Made by a program: the position numbers and the translations under genes
NCBI GenBank assembly: GCA_947476745.1
Contig: CANJRG010000010.1
Span: 78,247-142,246, forward strand
Source of the DNA: Acidimicrobiia bacterium
Lineage (GTDB): Bacteria > Actinomycetota > Acidimicrobiia > Acidimicrobiales > CAIXPF01
Direction: 5' to 3'
DNA length: 64,000 bases
The notes under the pieces: generated by a model
Databases searched by the model: none
What the model was told of the DNA's origin: nothing
Seen by the model: the letters and a program-made list of their open reading frames with translations, nothing else
In this document: piece by piece, positions 42,202 to 52,458 of the stretch
How the letters are laid out: every line of letters starts with the position of its first letter
Position numbering within the stretch: the first letter of the stretch is position 1

Positions 42202-43064
42202 ACCATGTGGGCACCGGCCTCGGTCGGGTTCAGACCGATCCGGACGCCGGCGTCGCGCAGCGCCTCCATCTTGGCCTGGGCGGTGCCCTTGCCCCCGGAG
42301 ACGATGGCGCCCGCATGGCCCATCTTCTTGCCGGCCGGGGCGGTACCACCGGCGATGTAGGCCGAGACCGGCTTGGTCATGTGGTTCTTGATGAACTCGG
42401 CGGCCTCTTCCTCGGCCGATCCACCGATCTCGCCGATCATCATGACGGCCTTGGTGTCGGGATCGGCCTCGAACGCCTGCAGGCAGTCGATGAAGCTCGT
42501 CCCCGGCACCGGGTCGCCACCGATACCGACACAGGTGGTGACGCCGATGTCCTGCTGCTGCAGTTCGTACAGCGCCTGGTAGGTGAGCGTGCCGGACCGG
42601 CTGACGATGCCGACCGGGCCGCCGGGCTTGGCGATGTGCCCGGCGGTGATCCCGATGTTGCACCTGCCGGGGCTGATGATGCCGGGGCAGTTCGGGCCGA
42701 GCAGGCGGACGTTCGGGAAGTCGCGCTTGAGCTTGTTGAAGAACCACGCCTCGTCGTGCGCCGGCACACCCTCGGTGATGCAGGCGATGAACTCGACGCC
42801 GCCTTCGGCAGCCTCCATCACTGCGTCGCGCACACCGGGGGCGGGGATGAAGATGCAGCTGGCGTTGGCACCGGTCTCGCGCACGGCGTCGGCCACCGAA
42901 GCGAAGATCGGGATGCCATCGACGTCGGTGCCGGCCTTCTTGGGGTTGGTTCCACCGACGACGTTGGTGCCGTAGGCCCGGTTGGACAGGCCGTAGTAGC
43001 GGCCCTGCGAGCCGGTCAGGCCCTGGTAGATGACCTTGGTGTTCTCGTCGACGAAAATGCTCAC
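42180..43064 (-). CDS. sucD: succinate--CoA ligase subunit alpha
   Basis: It has (M)SIFVDENTKVIYQGLTGSQG and the active-site context MGHAGAIVSGGKGTA. The GTG start overlaps the sucC stop (GTGA). Confidence 0.95.
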   Translation of the reverse strand: MSIFVDENTKVIYQGLTGSQGRYYGLSNRAYGTNVVGGTNPKKAGTDVDGIPIFASVADAVRETGANASCIFIPAPGVRDAVMEAAEGGVEFIACITEGVPAHDEAWFFNKLKRDFPNVRLLGPNCPGIISPGRCNIGITAGHIAKPGGPVGIVSRSGTLTYQALYELQQQDIGVTTCVGIGGDPVPGTSFIDCLQAFEADPDTKAVMMIGEIGGSAEEEAAEFIKNHMTKPVSAYIAGGTAPAGKKMGHAGAIVSGGKGTAQAKMEALRDAGVRIGLNPTEAGAHMVDIVRSL

Positions 43065-44212
43065 TTGGGGGTTCCTCCTGCGAGCTCGACGGCCTTGCGC
43101 GCCGCGGTGAGCATGTCCGGTGCCATCTGCAGCTTGTCCGACAGGTGGCCGGCGAGGATCGCCCGGCCCTCATCGGCGTTGGTGCCGTCGAGACGAATGA
43201 CGATGGGGGCATCGATGGTGACCGAGGCCAGCGCCTGGACGATGCCGTTGGCCACCTCTTCGCCCTTGGTGATGCCGCCGAAGATGTTGATGAAGATCGA
43301 CCGCACGTTGGGGTCGTTGTTGATGACCTCGAGCGCCCCGGCCATGACCGCCGCGTTCGAGCCGCCGCCGATGTCGAGGAAGTTGGCGGGCTTGCCGCCG
43401 ACCTGGTTGACGATGTCGACGGTGGACATGGCCAGACCCGCGCCATTGGCGATCACGCCGACGGACCCCTCCAGGCCGACGTACTGCAGGCCCTTCTCAT
43501 GGGCTTCGGTCTCGCGCTGGTCACGCACCTGCGTGGCGTCATAGGCCTCGTAATCGGCGTGGCGGAACAGGCTGTTGGCGTCGAGGGACACCTTGGCGTC
43601 GAGCGCGTGCACCTCGCCGGTGGGCTTGAGGATCAGCGGGTTGATCTCGACGAGATCGGCGTCGCCCTCGGTGTAGGCCCGGTACAGCTTCTGGAGGATG
43701 TCGACCGTGCCCTCGGTGGCCGCGGGGTTGAGCTTCGCCGCCGCCACCCACTCACGGGCGACGGCATCGGTCAGCCCGTCCACCGGGTCGACCCAGATCT
43801 TGGCGATGGCGTCGGGATTCTCCTCGGCCACGGCCTCGATCTCGACACCGCCCTGGGCGGACAGCATGCCGAGGTACTTCTTGGCCGAGCGGTCGAGGGT
43901 GAACGACGCGTAGTACTCCTCCGCGATGTCGGAGGCCACCTCGATCCACACCACGTGGACGATGTGACCCTTGATGTCCATCCCGAGGATGTTGCCAGCG
44001 TGGGTGCGGACCTCGTCGGCGGAGTTGGCCAGCTTGATACCGCCGGCCTTGCCCCGGCCGCCCACCTGGACCTGCGCCTTGACCACCACCGGGTAGCCCA
44101 CGCGCTCCGCGATGGCGACGGCTTCGTCCACCGTGCTGGCGACGCCGCCGGCCGACACGGGGATACCGAAGCGGGCAAAGAACTGCTTGCCTTGGTACTC
44201 GTACAGATCCAA
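43061..44212 (-). CDS. sucC: succinate--CoA ligase subunit beta
   Basis: The TTG at 44212 gives the universal N-terminus (M)DLYEYQGKQFFARFGIPV. The tracked ATG 44260 would add 16 atypical residues. Confidence 0.93.
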   Translation of the reverse strand: MDLYEYQGKQFFARFGIPVSAGGVASTVDEAVAIAERVGYPVVVKAQVQVGGRGKAGGIKLANSADEVRTHAGNILGMDIKGHIVHVVWIEVASDIAEEYYASFTLDRSAKKYLGMLSAQGGVEIEAVAEENPDAIAKIWVDPVDGLTDAVAREWVAAAKLNPAATEGTVDILQKLYRAYTEGDADLVEINPLILKPTGEVHALDAKVSLDANSLFRHADYEAYDATQVRDQRETEAHEKGLQYVGLEGSVGVIANGAGLAMSTVDIVNQVGGKPANFLDIGGGSNAAVMAGALEVINNDPNVRSIFINIFGGITKGEEVANGIVQALASVTIDAPIVIRLDGTNADEGRAILAGHLSDKLQMAPDMLTAARKAVELAGGTPK

Positions 44213-44299
44213 GTAGCTGGCCTTTCTACGTTGTGAGCTCGGCAATGCTGACGGCGGCACCCGACACCCGGGCGGGTTGGGGCGTCCACCGCAACGGCA

Positions 44300-44716
44300 T
44301 CAGGACGACCCGGCGGTCTCCCGGTCATCGAGGGCCTGGGCCAACCACGACGTGATGGCCTCCATCGACGCACCGGGGGTGAACACGGCGGCCACCCCCT
44401 GCGACTGCAGGACCGAGATGTCGGCGGCAGGGATGATCCCACCACCGAAGACCAGGACATCGTCGAGGCCCCGGTTGCGCAACTCCTCGATCACCCGGGG
44501 GAACAGGGTGAGGTGGGCTCCCGACAGCATCGAGAGACCCACGGCATCGGCGTCCTCCTGGAGGGCCGCCTCCGCAACCTGCTCAGGGGTTTGGAACAGG
44601 CCGGTGTAGATGACCTCGAAGCCGGCATCCCGCAGGAGCCGGGCGATCACCTTCACACCACGATCGTGCCCGTCGAGGCCCGTCTTGGCCACCACGACTC
44701 TGTAGCGCCGTTGCAT
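44300..44716 (-). CDS. stand-alone cobalamin (B12)-binding domain protein, acyl-CoA mutase small-subunit type
   Basis: [39 protein letters not shown] carries the DxHxxG B12-binding motif. It is 139 aa. The ATG at 44716 lies inside tracked ORF 44300..45247. Confidence 0.85.
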   Translation of the reverse strand: MQRRYRVVVAKTGLDGHDRGVKVIARLLRDAGFEVIYTGLFQTPEQVAEAALQEDADAVGLSMLSGAHLTLFPRVIEELRNRGLDDVLVFGGGIIPAADISVLQSQGVAAVFTPGASMEAITSWLAQALDDRETAGSS

Positions 44717-44779
44717 CGACGGGATACTAGGTGTGAGCAGGTCACGGCTTGCAATCGAGGGGCGGCCTAACCTCGTGCG

Positions 44780-45307
44780 ATGCCCGTTGGACGTACCACG
44801 ACCCGTAGCGAGGTGCGGGCCATCGTCATGGTCGCCGCAGCACTGCTCGTCATCGTCGGAGGCATCGCGCTGTTCGTCAACGTCGTCGCGAGCCGCGGCG
44901 ACGTGCAGATCCGCCTCGGTGACGACTACTTCAACGCCGGCGACGCCGCCGACATCGCCGACGACATCCGCGACCGCGGACCGATCCTGTTCTCCGACCT
45001 CGCCGGAGGCAGTCGCGACATCGTGGTGAACCACCTCAGCGACGCTGCAGACGAAGGTTGGGTGGCCTTCGAGGCCCGCCGACCCGGCGACCCGCGCGAC
45101 TGCCAGGTGTCCTGGAACGCCGAGCGCGATCTGTTCGAGTACTCGTGCGACGTCGCGTCGACCTTCCCTCCCGACGGCACCGGCCTGGGGCAGCTCTCCG
45201 TCGCCATCACCGACGGCCGGATCATCGTGGACATCAACGCCGCCCAACGGGGCTCGACCACCGTGCCCGAGGCCTCGGGGTCGACCATCATCATCTCCGG
45301 CAAGTGA
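44780..45307 (+). CDS. hypothetical membrane-anchored protein
   Basis: It has one N-terminal TM helix ([23 protein letters not shown]) followed by a soluble domain. I recognise no family. Confidence 0.5.
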   Translation: MPVGRTTTRSEVRAIVMVAAALLVIVGGIALFVNVVASRGDVQIRLGDDYFNAGDAADIADDIRDRGPILFSDLAGGSRDIVVNHLSDAADEGWVAFEARRPGDPRDCQVSWNAERDLFEYSCDVASTFPPDGTGLGQLSVAITDGRIIVDINAAQRGSTTVPEASGSTIIISGK

Positions 45308-45330
45308 ACGTCATCTCCGGCAAGTGAACG
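45291..45330 (+). repeat. perfect 20-bp tandem duplication spanning the stop codon of the 44780..45307 gene
   Basis: TCATCTCCGGCAAGTGAACG occurs at 45291-45310 and again at 45311-45330. The TGA stop is at 45305-45307. Confidence 0.95.
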
Positions 45331-45392
45331 TCCAGCCCTTCTGATCGACCGGGAGGCTTGCCGATCGTTGTTCGCCGGATCCGATCGGGGCG

Positions 45393-47075
45393 ATGGATCC
45401 GGGTGCGCTCGCACGTTCCCCACGATGTGACCACCTCGGCACGCGAGGTCACGGTACGGTGACCCACGGAGACCGCAAGCCGATCGTGTTCGCCGGCCGT
45501 CCGAAGGCAGGATCTGGCGTGTTCAGCAGCGGCAACGGCAAGGTGGACGCCGGCACCGTGCCGCGAACCCCGTATCCGGCGGCGCTCGTGGACCGCCTGC
45601 TCGCCGTGATCGCCGGCATCAACGCCGACCTCGACCACGACGTGGTGCTGCGACGGATCTGCCGGGCCTGCGTCGAGGTGGCGGGCGCCGATGCAGCCGG
45701 GTTCATCTCCTGCGACGACGCCCAGGCCCGGCTCGTCGCCGGGGTCGGCTTCCCTGCGGCGATCCACACCATCACCATCTCCCGCGACGACGCCGAACTG
45801 CTGTCGCTGGCCTCCCGTCCCCGTCGGCTCACCCTCACCGACGCTCACCGCCAACTGGCCCATCGGCCCGATCTGCTCACCGCCCTCACCGGGCTCAACA
45901 CCGTCGTCGTCACCCCGGTGTTCGCCCGCAGCCAGGTCGTCGGTGCCCTGGTGGTGGCGTTCGCTCCGCTCGGGCATCCGCTCGACGCCGAGCAACGGAC
46001 CCTCCTCGACCTGCTCGCCGGTCATGGCGGCGCTGCCATCGCCAATGCGGTTGCCTTCGAGGACGCCGTACGCCGCCAGGCCCACGAGAAGGCCGTGATC
46101 GATGCCGTCGCCGACGGGGTCGCCACCCTCGACGGCGAGGGACGCGTGACCAGCTGGAACCGGGCCGCGGCCGAACTGACCGGCTTGCGACCCGATCAGG
46201 TCCTCGGGCACACCGCGCCCTTCCCGGTCCACGGCCCGCAGCAGCCGGTCGAGCACCGCATCGACGACGACCGGTGGCTGGAGATCGTCGCCACCCCGCT
46301 CGAGGCCGGCAGGGTGGTGGTGCTGCACGACATCAGTCGCCAGAAGGCCCTCGACACCGCCAAGGCCATGTTCGTGGCCGCCGCCAGCCACGAGCTGAAG
46401 ACCCCGCTCACCGTCATCACCTCCTACGCGAACTGGCTGCGCGACCACGGCGAATCGGCCGAGCCCACCACCCGCAAGACCGCATACGAGGCCATCGCCG
46501 ACAGCGCCGACGACCTCTACCGGATCGTCGAGAAGGTCCTGCTCACCGCCAAGACCGAGGCCGGGCCCATCGACCTGCGCCCCCAACGGCTCGACCCCGA
46601 CCAGCTGGTTCGGGCCGCGGCCGCCCCCTTTGCCTTTCCCGGGGGACGTCACGAGCTGCGCCTCGAGATCGCCCCGGACCTGCCGGCCATCTGGGCCGAT
46701 CCACAGGCCCTGCGCACGGTGCTGGGCCAGCTGCTGGAGAACGCGGTCAAATACTCGCCCGACGGCGGCACGATCGTCGTGCTGGCCGAGCGGGCACGGC
46801 ACCGCCATCGACCGGATCGGGCCATGGTCCGCTTCGCCGTGAGCGACGCCGGCATCGGCCTGGCACCCGCTGAGATCGCGCACCTGTTCGCCCCCTTCTA
46901 CCAAGGACAATCGCGTCGCGGCATCCGCGGGGGCGTCGGCTTGGGCCTGTCCATCGTGCGGCGCCTCGTCGAAGGACACGGCGGCGAGTGCGGCGCCTCG
47001 GGCGAGCTGGACCGCGGTTCGCAGTTCTGGGTCACCGTCGCGGTGGCGGAGGACGAACAGCACGACCTCGCCTGA
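45393..47075 (+). CDS. sensor histidine kinase with GAF and PAS-like input domains
   Basis: It has H-box ASHELKTPLTVI, N-box LLENAVKYSP, and G-boxes SDAGIGL and GVGLGLSIV. The upstream GAF-like (DHDVVLRRICRACVEVAGADAAGF) and PAS-like (VIDAVADGVATLDGEGRVTSWNRAA) segments are readable. The start is uncertain, and GTG 45519 after GAAGGCAGGA is an alternative. Confidence 0.85.
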   Translation: MDPGALARSPRCDHLGTRGHGTVTHGDRKPIVFAGRPKAGSGVFSSGNGKVDAGTVPRTPYPAALVDRLLAVIAGINADLDHDVVLRRICRACVEVAGADAAGFISCDDAQARLVAGVGFPAAIHTITISRDDAELLSLASRPRRLTLTDAHRQLAHRPDLLTALTGLNTVVVTPVFARSQVVGALVVAFAPLGHPLDAEQRTLLDLLAGHGGAAIANAVAFEDAVRRQAHEKAVIDAVADGVATLDGEGRVTSWNRAAAELTGLRPDQVLGHTAPFPVHGPQQPVEHRIDDDRWLEIVATPLEAGRVVVLHDISRQKALDTAKAMFVAAASHELKTPLTVITSYANWLRDHGESAEPTTRKTAYEAIADSADDLYRIVEKVLLTAKTEAGPIDLRPQRLDPDQLVRAAAAPFAFPGGRHELRLEIAPDLPAIWADPQALRTVLGQLLENAVKYSPDGGTIVVLAERARHRHRPDRAMVRFAVSDAGIGLAPAEIAHLFAPFYQGQSRRGIRGGVGLGLSIVRRLVEGHGGECGASGELDRGSQFWVTVAVAEDEQHDLA

Positions 47076-47108
47076 CCGGCGGCAACCGGACGAGACCGGC
47101 CCGGACGG

Positions 47109-47384
47109 TCAGCCGAACGGGACCCCGAACAGCGCCGGCCAGAGCGCCGGGGCGGTGGTGACCACGTCGTAGAGCGAGGCACCGGTGGCCCGTTCGGCCC
47201 TGACCGCGGCCACCATGGCCTGCACCTCCGACACGATGACCGGGTCGGCGACGCCCCCGACCAGGTGCACCGGGTAGTCGACCCGGCCGGTGAGGGCCCT
47301 CGACCGGAGGATGTTCTCCGTGGTGGACACCGCCGCATCGCGCCACAGGGAGGAGGCCCCGGCCGGTTGGCTCAGTAGTGCCAC
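47109..47384 (-). CDS. hypothetical 91-aa protein, in frame with and directly abutting the pcrA stop
   Basis: The GTG at 47384 immediately follows the pcrA TAG (47387..47385). By my manual read, 85 of 91 codons end in G/C, which is coding-like. I recognise no family. Confidence 0.45.
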   Translation of the reverse strand: MALLSQPAGASSLWRDAAVSTTENILRSRALTGRVDYPVHLVGGVADPVIVSEVQAMVAAVRAERATGASLYDVVTTAPALWPALFGVPFG

Positions 47385-49652
47385 CTAGAGCCGTTCCAGC
47401 GGCGCCCACGACAGCAGCAGTTGGCGCTCCCCGGCGTCGGGGAACCGCACGACGGCCACCGCCTTGTCACCCTCGCCCTCGATGCTCAGGATCACCCCGT
47501 CGCCGAAGCGCGGATGGCGGACGTCCTCCCCCACCCGGAACCCCATGGCATGGGCGTTCGAAGGCGTCGGGGTCGTGGGCGCCGACGGGGACCCCGCAGC
47601 GCGCCCCGACCGGCCCGAACCGGATGAACCGAACGACGAGGCTGAGGACCGCACCGCCCGATCGACCAGCCGTTCGCGGCCGGCATCGGGATTGCCGAGG
47701 CGACCCGACCGGCCGGTGCGGCGGTTGGCGCCGATCTCCTCGATCAACTGTGCCGGGATCTCCTCGATGAACCGGCTCGGCGGGTTGTACTGGGTGGAGC
47801 CGAACAGCATGCGGGTCCACGCGCTCGACAGGAACAGCCGCTGGCGGGCCCGGGTGATGCCGACGTAGGCCAGGCGGCGCTCCTCTTCCATCTGCGCGGG
47901 CTCGCCGATGGAGCGGATGTGGGGGAAGACCCCTTCCTCCATGCCGACCAGGAACACCACCGGGTACTCCAGGCCTTTGGCCGAGTGCAGCGTCATCAGC
48001 GTGACCTCGGAATCGTCGCCGCCGAGCCGATCGGTATCGGCCACGAGCGCCACCTGCTCGAGGAACGCATCGACGTCGCCGCCGCGATCACGGGCCACCC
48101 TGACCAGCTCCGCCAGGTGCTCGATCCGGCCCTCGGCATCGATGGTGCTCTCGGCCTCGAGCTCGGCCAGGTACCCGCTGCGATCGAGGAGGGCCTCGAG
48201 CAGCGACACCGGGCCGTCGGCCACCACGTCGGCGAGCTCGTCCATCAGACCGACGAACGCCTCGATGGCCCGCACCGCCCGGCTGGACAACCCCACGTCG
48301 TCGGCCCGACGCAGCGCACCGAAGAAGGTCAGCCCGTGCGCCCGGGCATAGGCATCGAGGCGGCCCTCGGAGGTGTCGCCGATGCCCCGCTTGGGCACGT
48401 TGAGGACGCGCTTGACCGACACCTCGTCGGCCGGGTTGACCACCGCCTTCACGTAGGCGATGGCGTCCTTCACCTCGCGCCGGTCGTAGAAGCCGGTCCC
48501 GCCCACCAGCTTGAAGGGGATCTGTTCGCGCCGTAAGCTCTCCTCGAGCACCCGGGACTGGGCGTTGGTGCGGTAGAAGACCGCGATCTCGTCCCAGCGG
48601 ACGGTGCCGCTCTCGTGCAGGCGGGCGATCTCGCGCCCCACCCACTGGGCCTCGTCGGTCTCGTCCTCGGCGTGGTAGCGGCCGATGCGGTCACCGCCGT
48701 CGGACTCGGTCCACAGATCCTTGGGCTTGCGCGACAGGTTGTTGGCGATGACTGCGTTGGCGGCGTCGAGGATGACCTGGGTCGAGCGGTAGTTCTGATC
48801 CAGCACCACGACCGTGGCGTCGGGGAAGGCCTGCTCGAACTCCAAGATGTTGCGGATGTCCGCCGCCCGGAACGAGTAGATGGACTGGTCGCTGTCGCCC
48901 ACCACGAACACGTTGCGGTGCTCGCCACCGAGCATCAGGACCAGCTCGTTCTGCACCTGGTTGGTGTCCTGATACTCGTCGACCAGCACGTGACGGAACC
49001 GCCGCTGGTAGCCGGCGAGCACCTCGGGATGGGTGCGGAACAACCGCACCGTCACCGACAGCAGGTCGTCGAAGTCCATCGCCCCGGCCCGCTGCAGGCG
49101 GACCTGGTACTCCCGGTAGACCTCGGCGATGCGCTTCTCGAACGGACCGGCGGCGCGCTCGCGGTAGGCATCGACCCCGACCCCGTCGTTCTTCGCCGCG
49201 GAGATGGCCGCCTGCACCGAACGGGCGGGGAACTTCTTGGCGTCGAGGCTGAGATCGCGGATGACGTAACCGCACAACCGCACCGCGTCGGCCTGGTCGT
49301 AGATCGAGAAGCTCGACGGGTAGCCCAACACCGACACGTCGCGGCGCAGGATCCGCACACAGGCCGAGTGGAACGTCGACACCCACATCTTCTCGGCAAC
49401 CGGGCCGACGAGCTGACCGACGCGGTGGCGCATCTCCTGCGCCGCCTTGTTGGTGAAGGTGATGGCCAGGATCTCGAACGGCGAGACCCCCCAGGCCTCG
49501 ATCAGGTGGGCGATGCGATGGGTCAGGACCCGGGTCTTGCCGGACCCGGCGCCGGCGATGACCAGCAACGGGCCGCCGTCGTGGGCCACCGCTTCGCGCT
49601 GGGCCGGGTTGAGCCCGTCGAGAAGGTCTGCGGATTCGACACGATGGGCCAC
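47385..49652 (-). CDS. pcrA: ATP-dependent DNA helicase PcrA/UvrD
   Basis: It has Walker A VIAGAGSGKTRVL, helicase motifs (VLVDEYQDTN, VGDSDQSIYSFRAA, TLHSAKGLEYPVVF, YVGITRA), and the family-typical C-terminal ...LLLSWAPLERL. Confidence 0.95.
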   Translation of the reverse strand: MAHRVESADLLDGLNPAQREAVAHDGGPLLVIAGAGSGKTRVLTHRIAHLIEAWGVSPFEILAITFTNKAAQEMRHRVGQLVGPVAEKMWVSTFHSACVRILRRDVSVLGYPSSFSIYDQADAVRLCGYVIRDLSLDAKKFPARSVQAAISAAKNDGVGVDAYRERAAGPFEKRIAEVYREYQVRLQRAGAMDFDDLLSVTVRLFRTHPEVLAGYQRRFRHVLVDEYQDTNQVQNELVLMLGGEHRNVFVVGDSDQSIYSFRAADIRNILEFEQAFPDATVVVLDQNYRSTQVILDAANAVIANNLSRKPKDLWTESDGGDRIGRYHAEDETDEAQWVGREIARLHESGTVRWDEIAVFYRTNAQSRVLEESLRREQIPFKLVGGTGFYDRREVKDAIAYVKAVVNPADEVSVKRVLNVPKRGIGDTSEGRLDAYARAHGLTFFGALRRADDVGLSSRAVRAIEAFVGLMDELADVVADGPVSLLEALLDRSGYLAELEAESTIDAEGRIEHLAELVRVARDRGGDVDAFLEQVALVADTDRLGGDDSEVTLMTLHSAKGLEYPVVFLVGMEEGVFPHIRSIGEPAQMEEERRLAYVGITRARQRLFLSSAWTRMLFGSTQYNPPSRFIEEIPAQLIEEIGANRRTGRSGRLGNPDAGRERLVDRAVRSSASSFGSSGSGRSGRAAGSPSAPTTPTPSNAHAMGFRVGEDVRHPRFGDGVILSIEGEGDKAVAVVRFPDAGERQLLLSWAPLERL

Positions 49653-49702
49653 GTCCCGAGACTACCGGTGGCCTACGACGGCAGGGCCACCACCCGGTGC
49701 GG

Positions 49703-51295
49703 TCACTCCCACTCGATGGTGCCGGGCGGCTTCGACGTCACGTCGTAGGCCACCCGGTTGATGCCCCGGACCTCGCCGATGATCCGGCTCGCCATCTTCT
49801 CGAGCAGGTCGTAGGGCAAACGGGCGAAGTCGGCCGTCATGGCATCCTCGCTGGTCACGGCCCGGATGATGATCGGATGACCGTAGGTCCGCTCGTCGCC
49901 CATCACCCCGACCGAGCGGATGTCCGCGAGCACCGCGAAGGCCTGCCAGATCTCTCGTTCGAGCCCGGCCTTGTGGATCTCCTCACGCACCACCGCATCG
50001 GCGAGCTGCAGCATCGCCACCCGTTCCCGGGTGACTTCACCGATGATGCGGACCGCGAGGCCCGGACCGGGAAACGGCTGCCGCCATACGATCTCGTCGG
50101 GCAGGCCGAGCTCGGAGCCGATCCGTCGCACCTCGTCCTTGAACAGGCTGCGCAGCGGCTCCACCAGCTCGAAGTCGAGATCCTCGGGCAGGCCCCCCAC
50201 GTTGTGATGGCTCTTGATCTTGGCCGCCGTCGCCGTGCCCGACTCGATGACGTCGGGGTAGAGGGTGCCCTGGACCAGGAAACGGGCATCGTCGATGCCC
50301 TGGCTGGACTCCTCGAAGACCCGGATGAACAGCTCGCCGATGGTCTTGCGTTTCTGCTCGGGGTCGGTGACCCCGGCGAGACGCCCGAAGAACCGGTCGG
50401 CGGCGCGAGCATGGATGAGATCGATGCCGAAGTTGCGGTGGAACGTGTCCTCCACCTGGTCGGCCTCACCGAGGCGCATCAGGCCCGTGTCGACGAACAC
50501 GCAGGTCAGCTGGTTGCCGATGGCCCGGTGTACCAGGGCCGCGGCCACCGCCGAGTCGACCCCGCCCGACAGCCCGCAGATGGCCCGGCCCTTGCCGACC
50601 TGGACCCGGATGTTCTCGGTGGCGTGGTCGATGACGTTGGTCATCGTCCAGTTCTGGCGGCAGCCGCAGACCTCGACCAGGAAACGGACGAGCAGCTCCT
50701 GGCCATGCGGCGTGTGCACTACCTCGGGGTGGTACTGCACCCCGTAGAGCTGCCGCGTCGGCGACTCGAGCATCGCCACCGGGCAGTCCTCGGTACGGGC
50801 GGTGACGCTGAAGCCCTCCGGGACCGACACGATGGCGTCGAAGTGGCTCATCCACACCGACTGCTGCGGCGGCAGGACCTGGCCGAGCCGGCCACCGCCG
50901 TCGACCAGGGTGACGTCGGTCCGGCCGTATTCGCCGCGCCCGGTCTGGGCCACCTCGCCGCCGAGCTGGTGGGCGATGAGCTGGGCGCCGTAGCAGATTC
51001 CCAGCACGGGGATGCCGAGCTCGTAGATGGCAGGGTCGAGACGCGGGGCACCCTCGACGTGGACCGATGCCGGCCCCCCGGACAGCACGATGCCGACCGG
51101 GTTGCGGGCGCGCACCTCGGCCGCGCTGATCGTGGAGGGAACGATCTCGGAGTAGACCCTCGCCTCGCGAACGCGACGGGCTATCAGCTGGGCGTACTGG
51201 GCGCCGAAATCGACGACGAGCACGGCGTCCTCACCGGTGGCCCAGCCGCCGGTGACCGGGCCGGCTGAACGAGCCGGCCCTGTGGGAGCGCTCAT
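49703..51295 (-). CDS. guaA: glutamine-hydrolysing GMP synthase
   Basis: It has GATase motif [11 protein letters not shown]-PPase motif [12 protein letters not shown] and the C-terminal PPGTIEWE. The ATG at 51295 overlaps the guaB3 stop (ATGA). The upstream part of tracked ORF 49703..52213 is discarded. Confidence 0.95.
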   Translation of the reverse strand: MSAPTGPARSAGPVTGGWATGEDAVLVVDFGAQYAQLIARRVREARVYSEIVPSTISAAEVRARNPVGIVLSGGPASVHVEGAPRLDPAIYELGIPVLGICYGAQLIAHQLGGEVAQTGRGEYGRTDVTLVDGGGRLGQVLPPQQSVWMSHFDAIVSVPEGFSVTARTEDCPVAMLESPTRQLYGVQYHPEVVHTPHGQELLVRFLVEVCGCRQNWTMTNVIDHATENIRVQVGKGRAICGLSGGVDSAVAAALVHRAIGNQLTCVFVDTGLMRLGEADQVEDTFHRNFGIDLIHARAADRFFGRLAGVTDPEQKRKTIGELFIRVFEESSQGIDDARFLVQGTLYPDVIESGTATAAKIKSHHNVGGLPEDLDFELVEPLRSLFKDEVRRIGSELGLPDEIVWRQPFPGPGLAVRIIGEVTRERVAMLQLADAVVREEIHKAGLEREIWQAFAVLADIRSVGVMGDERTYGHPIIIRAVTSEDAMTADFARLPYDLLEKMASRIIGEVRGINRVAYDVTSKPPGTIEWE

Positions 51296-52458
51296 CGCCC
51301 CATACCCACGCCCTGACCCTTCTGCAGCGCCTTGCCCTCGGTCTGCAGGGCAGGCGCCACCATGACCTCGGCCTTCTGGAACTCCTTGAGCGTCTGGTAG
51401 CCGGTGGTGGCCATCGAGGTTCGCAGCGCCCCGAAGAGGTTGAGGCGGCCGTCGTTCTCGTGGGCAGGACCGGTGAGGATCTCCTCCAGCGAGCCACGCT
51501 GCTGGGTCCGCACCCGCGCCCCGCGGGGCAGGCTCGAGTGGAAGGTGGCCATGCCCCAGTGCCAACCCTTGCCCGGCGCCTCGTAGGCTGCGGCCAGGGG
51601 CGAACCGATCATCACCGCGTCGGCACCACACACGATGGCCTTGGCGATGTCGCCGCCCGTGGCCATGCCGCCGTCGGCGATGACATGGACGTAGACCCCG
51701 GTCTCGTCGAGGTGGCGCATGCGAGCCGCCCGCACGTCGGCGATCGCGGTGGCCTGGGGCACCCCGATGCCCAACACCCCACGGGTGGTGCAGGCATGGC
51801 CCGGACCGACACCGACGAGCACGCCGGCCGCGCCGGTGCGCATCAGGTGCAGGCCGGCCTGGTAGGACGCACACCCTCCGACGATCACCGGCAGGTCGAG
51901 CTCCCGCACGAACCGCTTGAGGTTGAGCGGCTCGACCGTGCGCGACACGTGCTCGGCCGACACCACCGTGCCCTGGATGATCAACATGTCGAGCTCGCCG
52001 GCGACGATGGCCGACATCAGCATCGACGCCCGCTGTGGGGTCACCGCGGCCACCGCGGTAACGCCGGTGGCCTTGATCTCCTTGATGCGGGCCGTGACCA
52101 GCTCCGGCTTGAGCGGCTCGGCGTAGATCTCCTGCATCCGCCGGGTGGCCTTCTCCACGTCGAGGTGGGCGATCTCCTCGAACAGCGGTTCCGGGTCCTC
52201 GTAGCGGGTCCACAAGCCTTCGAGGTTCAACACCCCTGCCCCGCCGAGACGACCGATCTCGATGGCGGTCGCCGGGCTGACGACCCCGTCCATCGCCGAG
52301 CCGAGCACTGGCAGTTCGAACCGGAAGGCGTCGATCTGCCAGGCGATGTCGACATCTTCGGGATCGCGGGTCCGCCGCGACGGCACGATCGCGATGTCAT
52401 CGAAGCCGTAGGCACGGCGCCCCGACTTGCCCAGTCCGATTTCGATCTCGGCCATCAT
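51292..52458 (-). CDS. guaB3: GuaB3-type IMP dehydrogenase-related protein
   Basis: (M)[36 protein letters not shown], followed by a TIM-barrel without a CBS insert, about 388 aa. The start is 52458 or 52455, after GGGAG. Confidence 0.85.
   Translation of the reverse strand: MMAEIEIGLGKSGRRAYGFDDIAIVPSRRTRDPEDVDIAWQIDAFRFELPVLGSAMDGVVSPATAIEIGRLGGAGVLNLEGLWTRYEDPEPLFEEIAHLDVEKATRRMQEIYAEPLKPELVTARIKEIKATGVTAVAAVTPQRASMLMSAIVAGELDMLIIQGTVVSAEHVSRTVEPLNLKRFVRELDLPVIVGGCASYQAGLHLMRTGAAGVLVGVGPGHACTTRGVLGIGVPQATAIADVRAARMRHLDETGVYVHVIADGGMATGGDIAKAIVCGADAVMIGSPLAAAYEAPGKGWHWGMATFHSSLPRGARVRTQQRGSLEEILTGPAHENDGRLNLFGALRTSMATTGYQTLKEFQKAEVMVAPALQTEGKALQKGQGVGMGR

Noticed and set aside
47109-47384. 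The small ORF after pcrA considered as a chorismate mutase. A small chorismate mutase gene neighbours uvrD1 in mycobacteria.
   Set aside because: By eye there is no similarity to the AroQ-type helical sequence, so the ORF is left as hypothetical.
51296-52213. The N-terminal extension of tracked ORF 49703..52213, giving an 836-aa GuaA.
   Set aside because: The extension overlaps guaB3 out of frame and has junk composition. GuaA family sequence starts at the ATG 51295, which overlaps the guaB3 stop.
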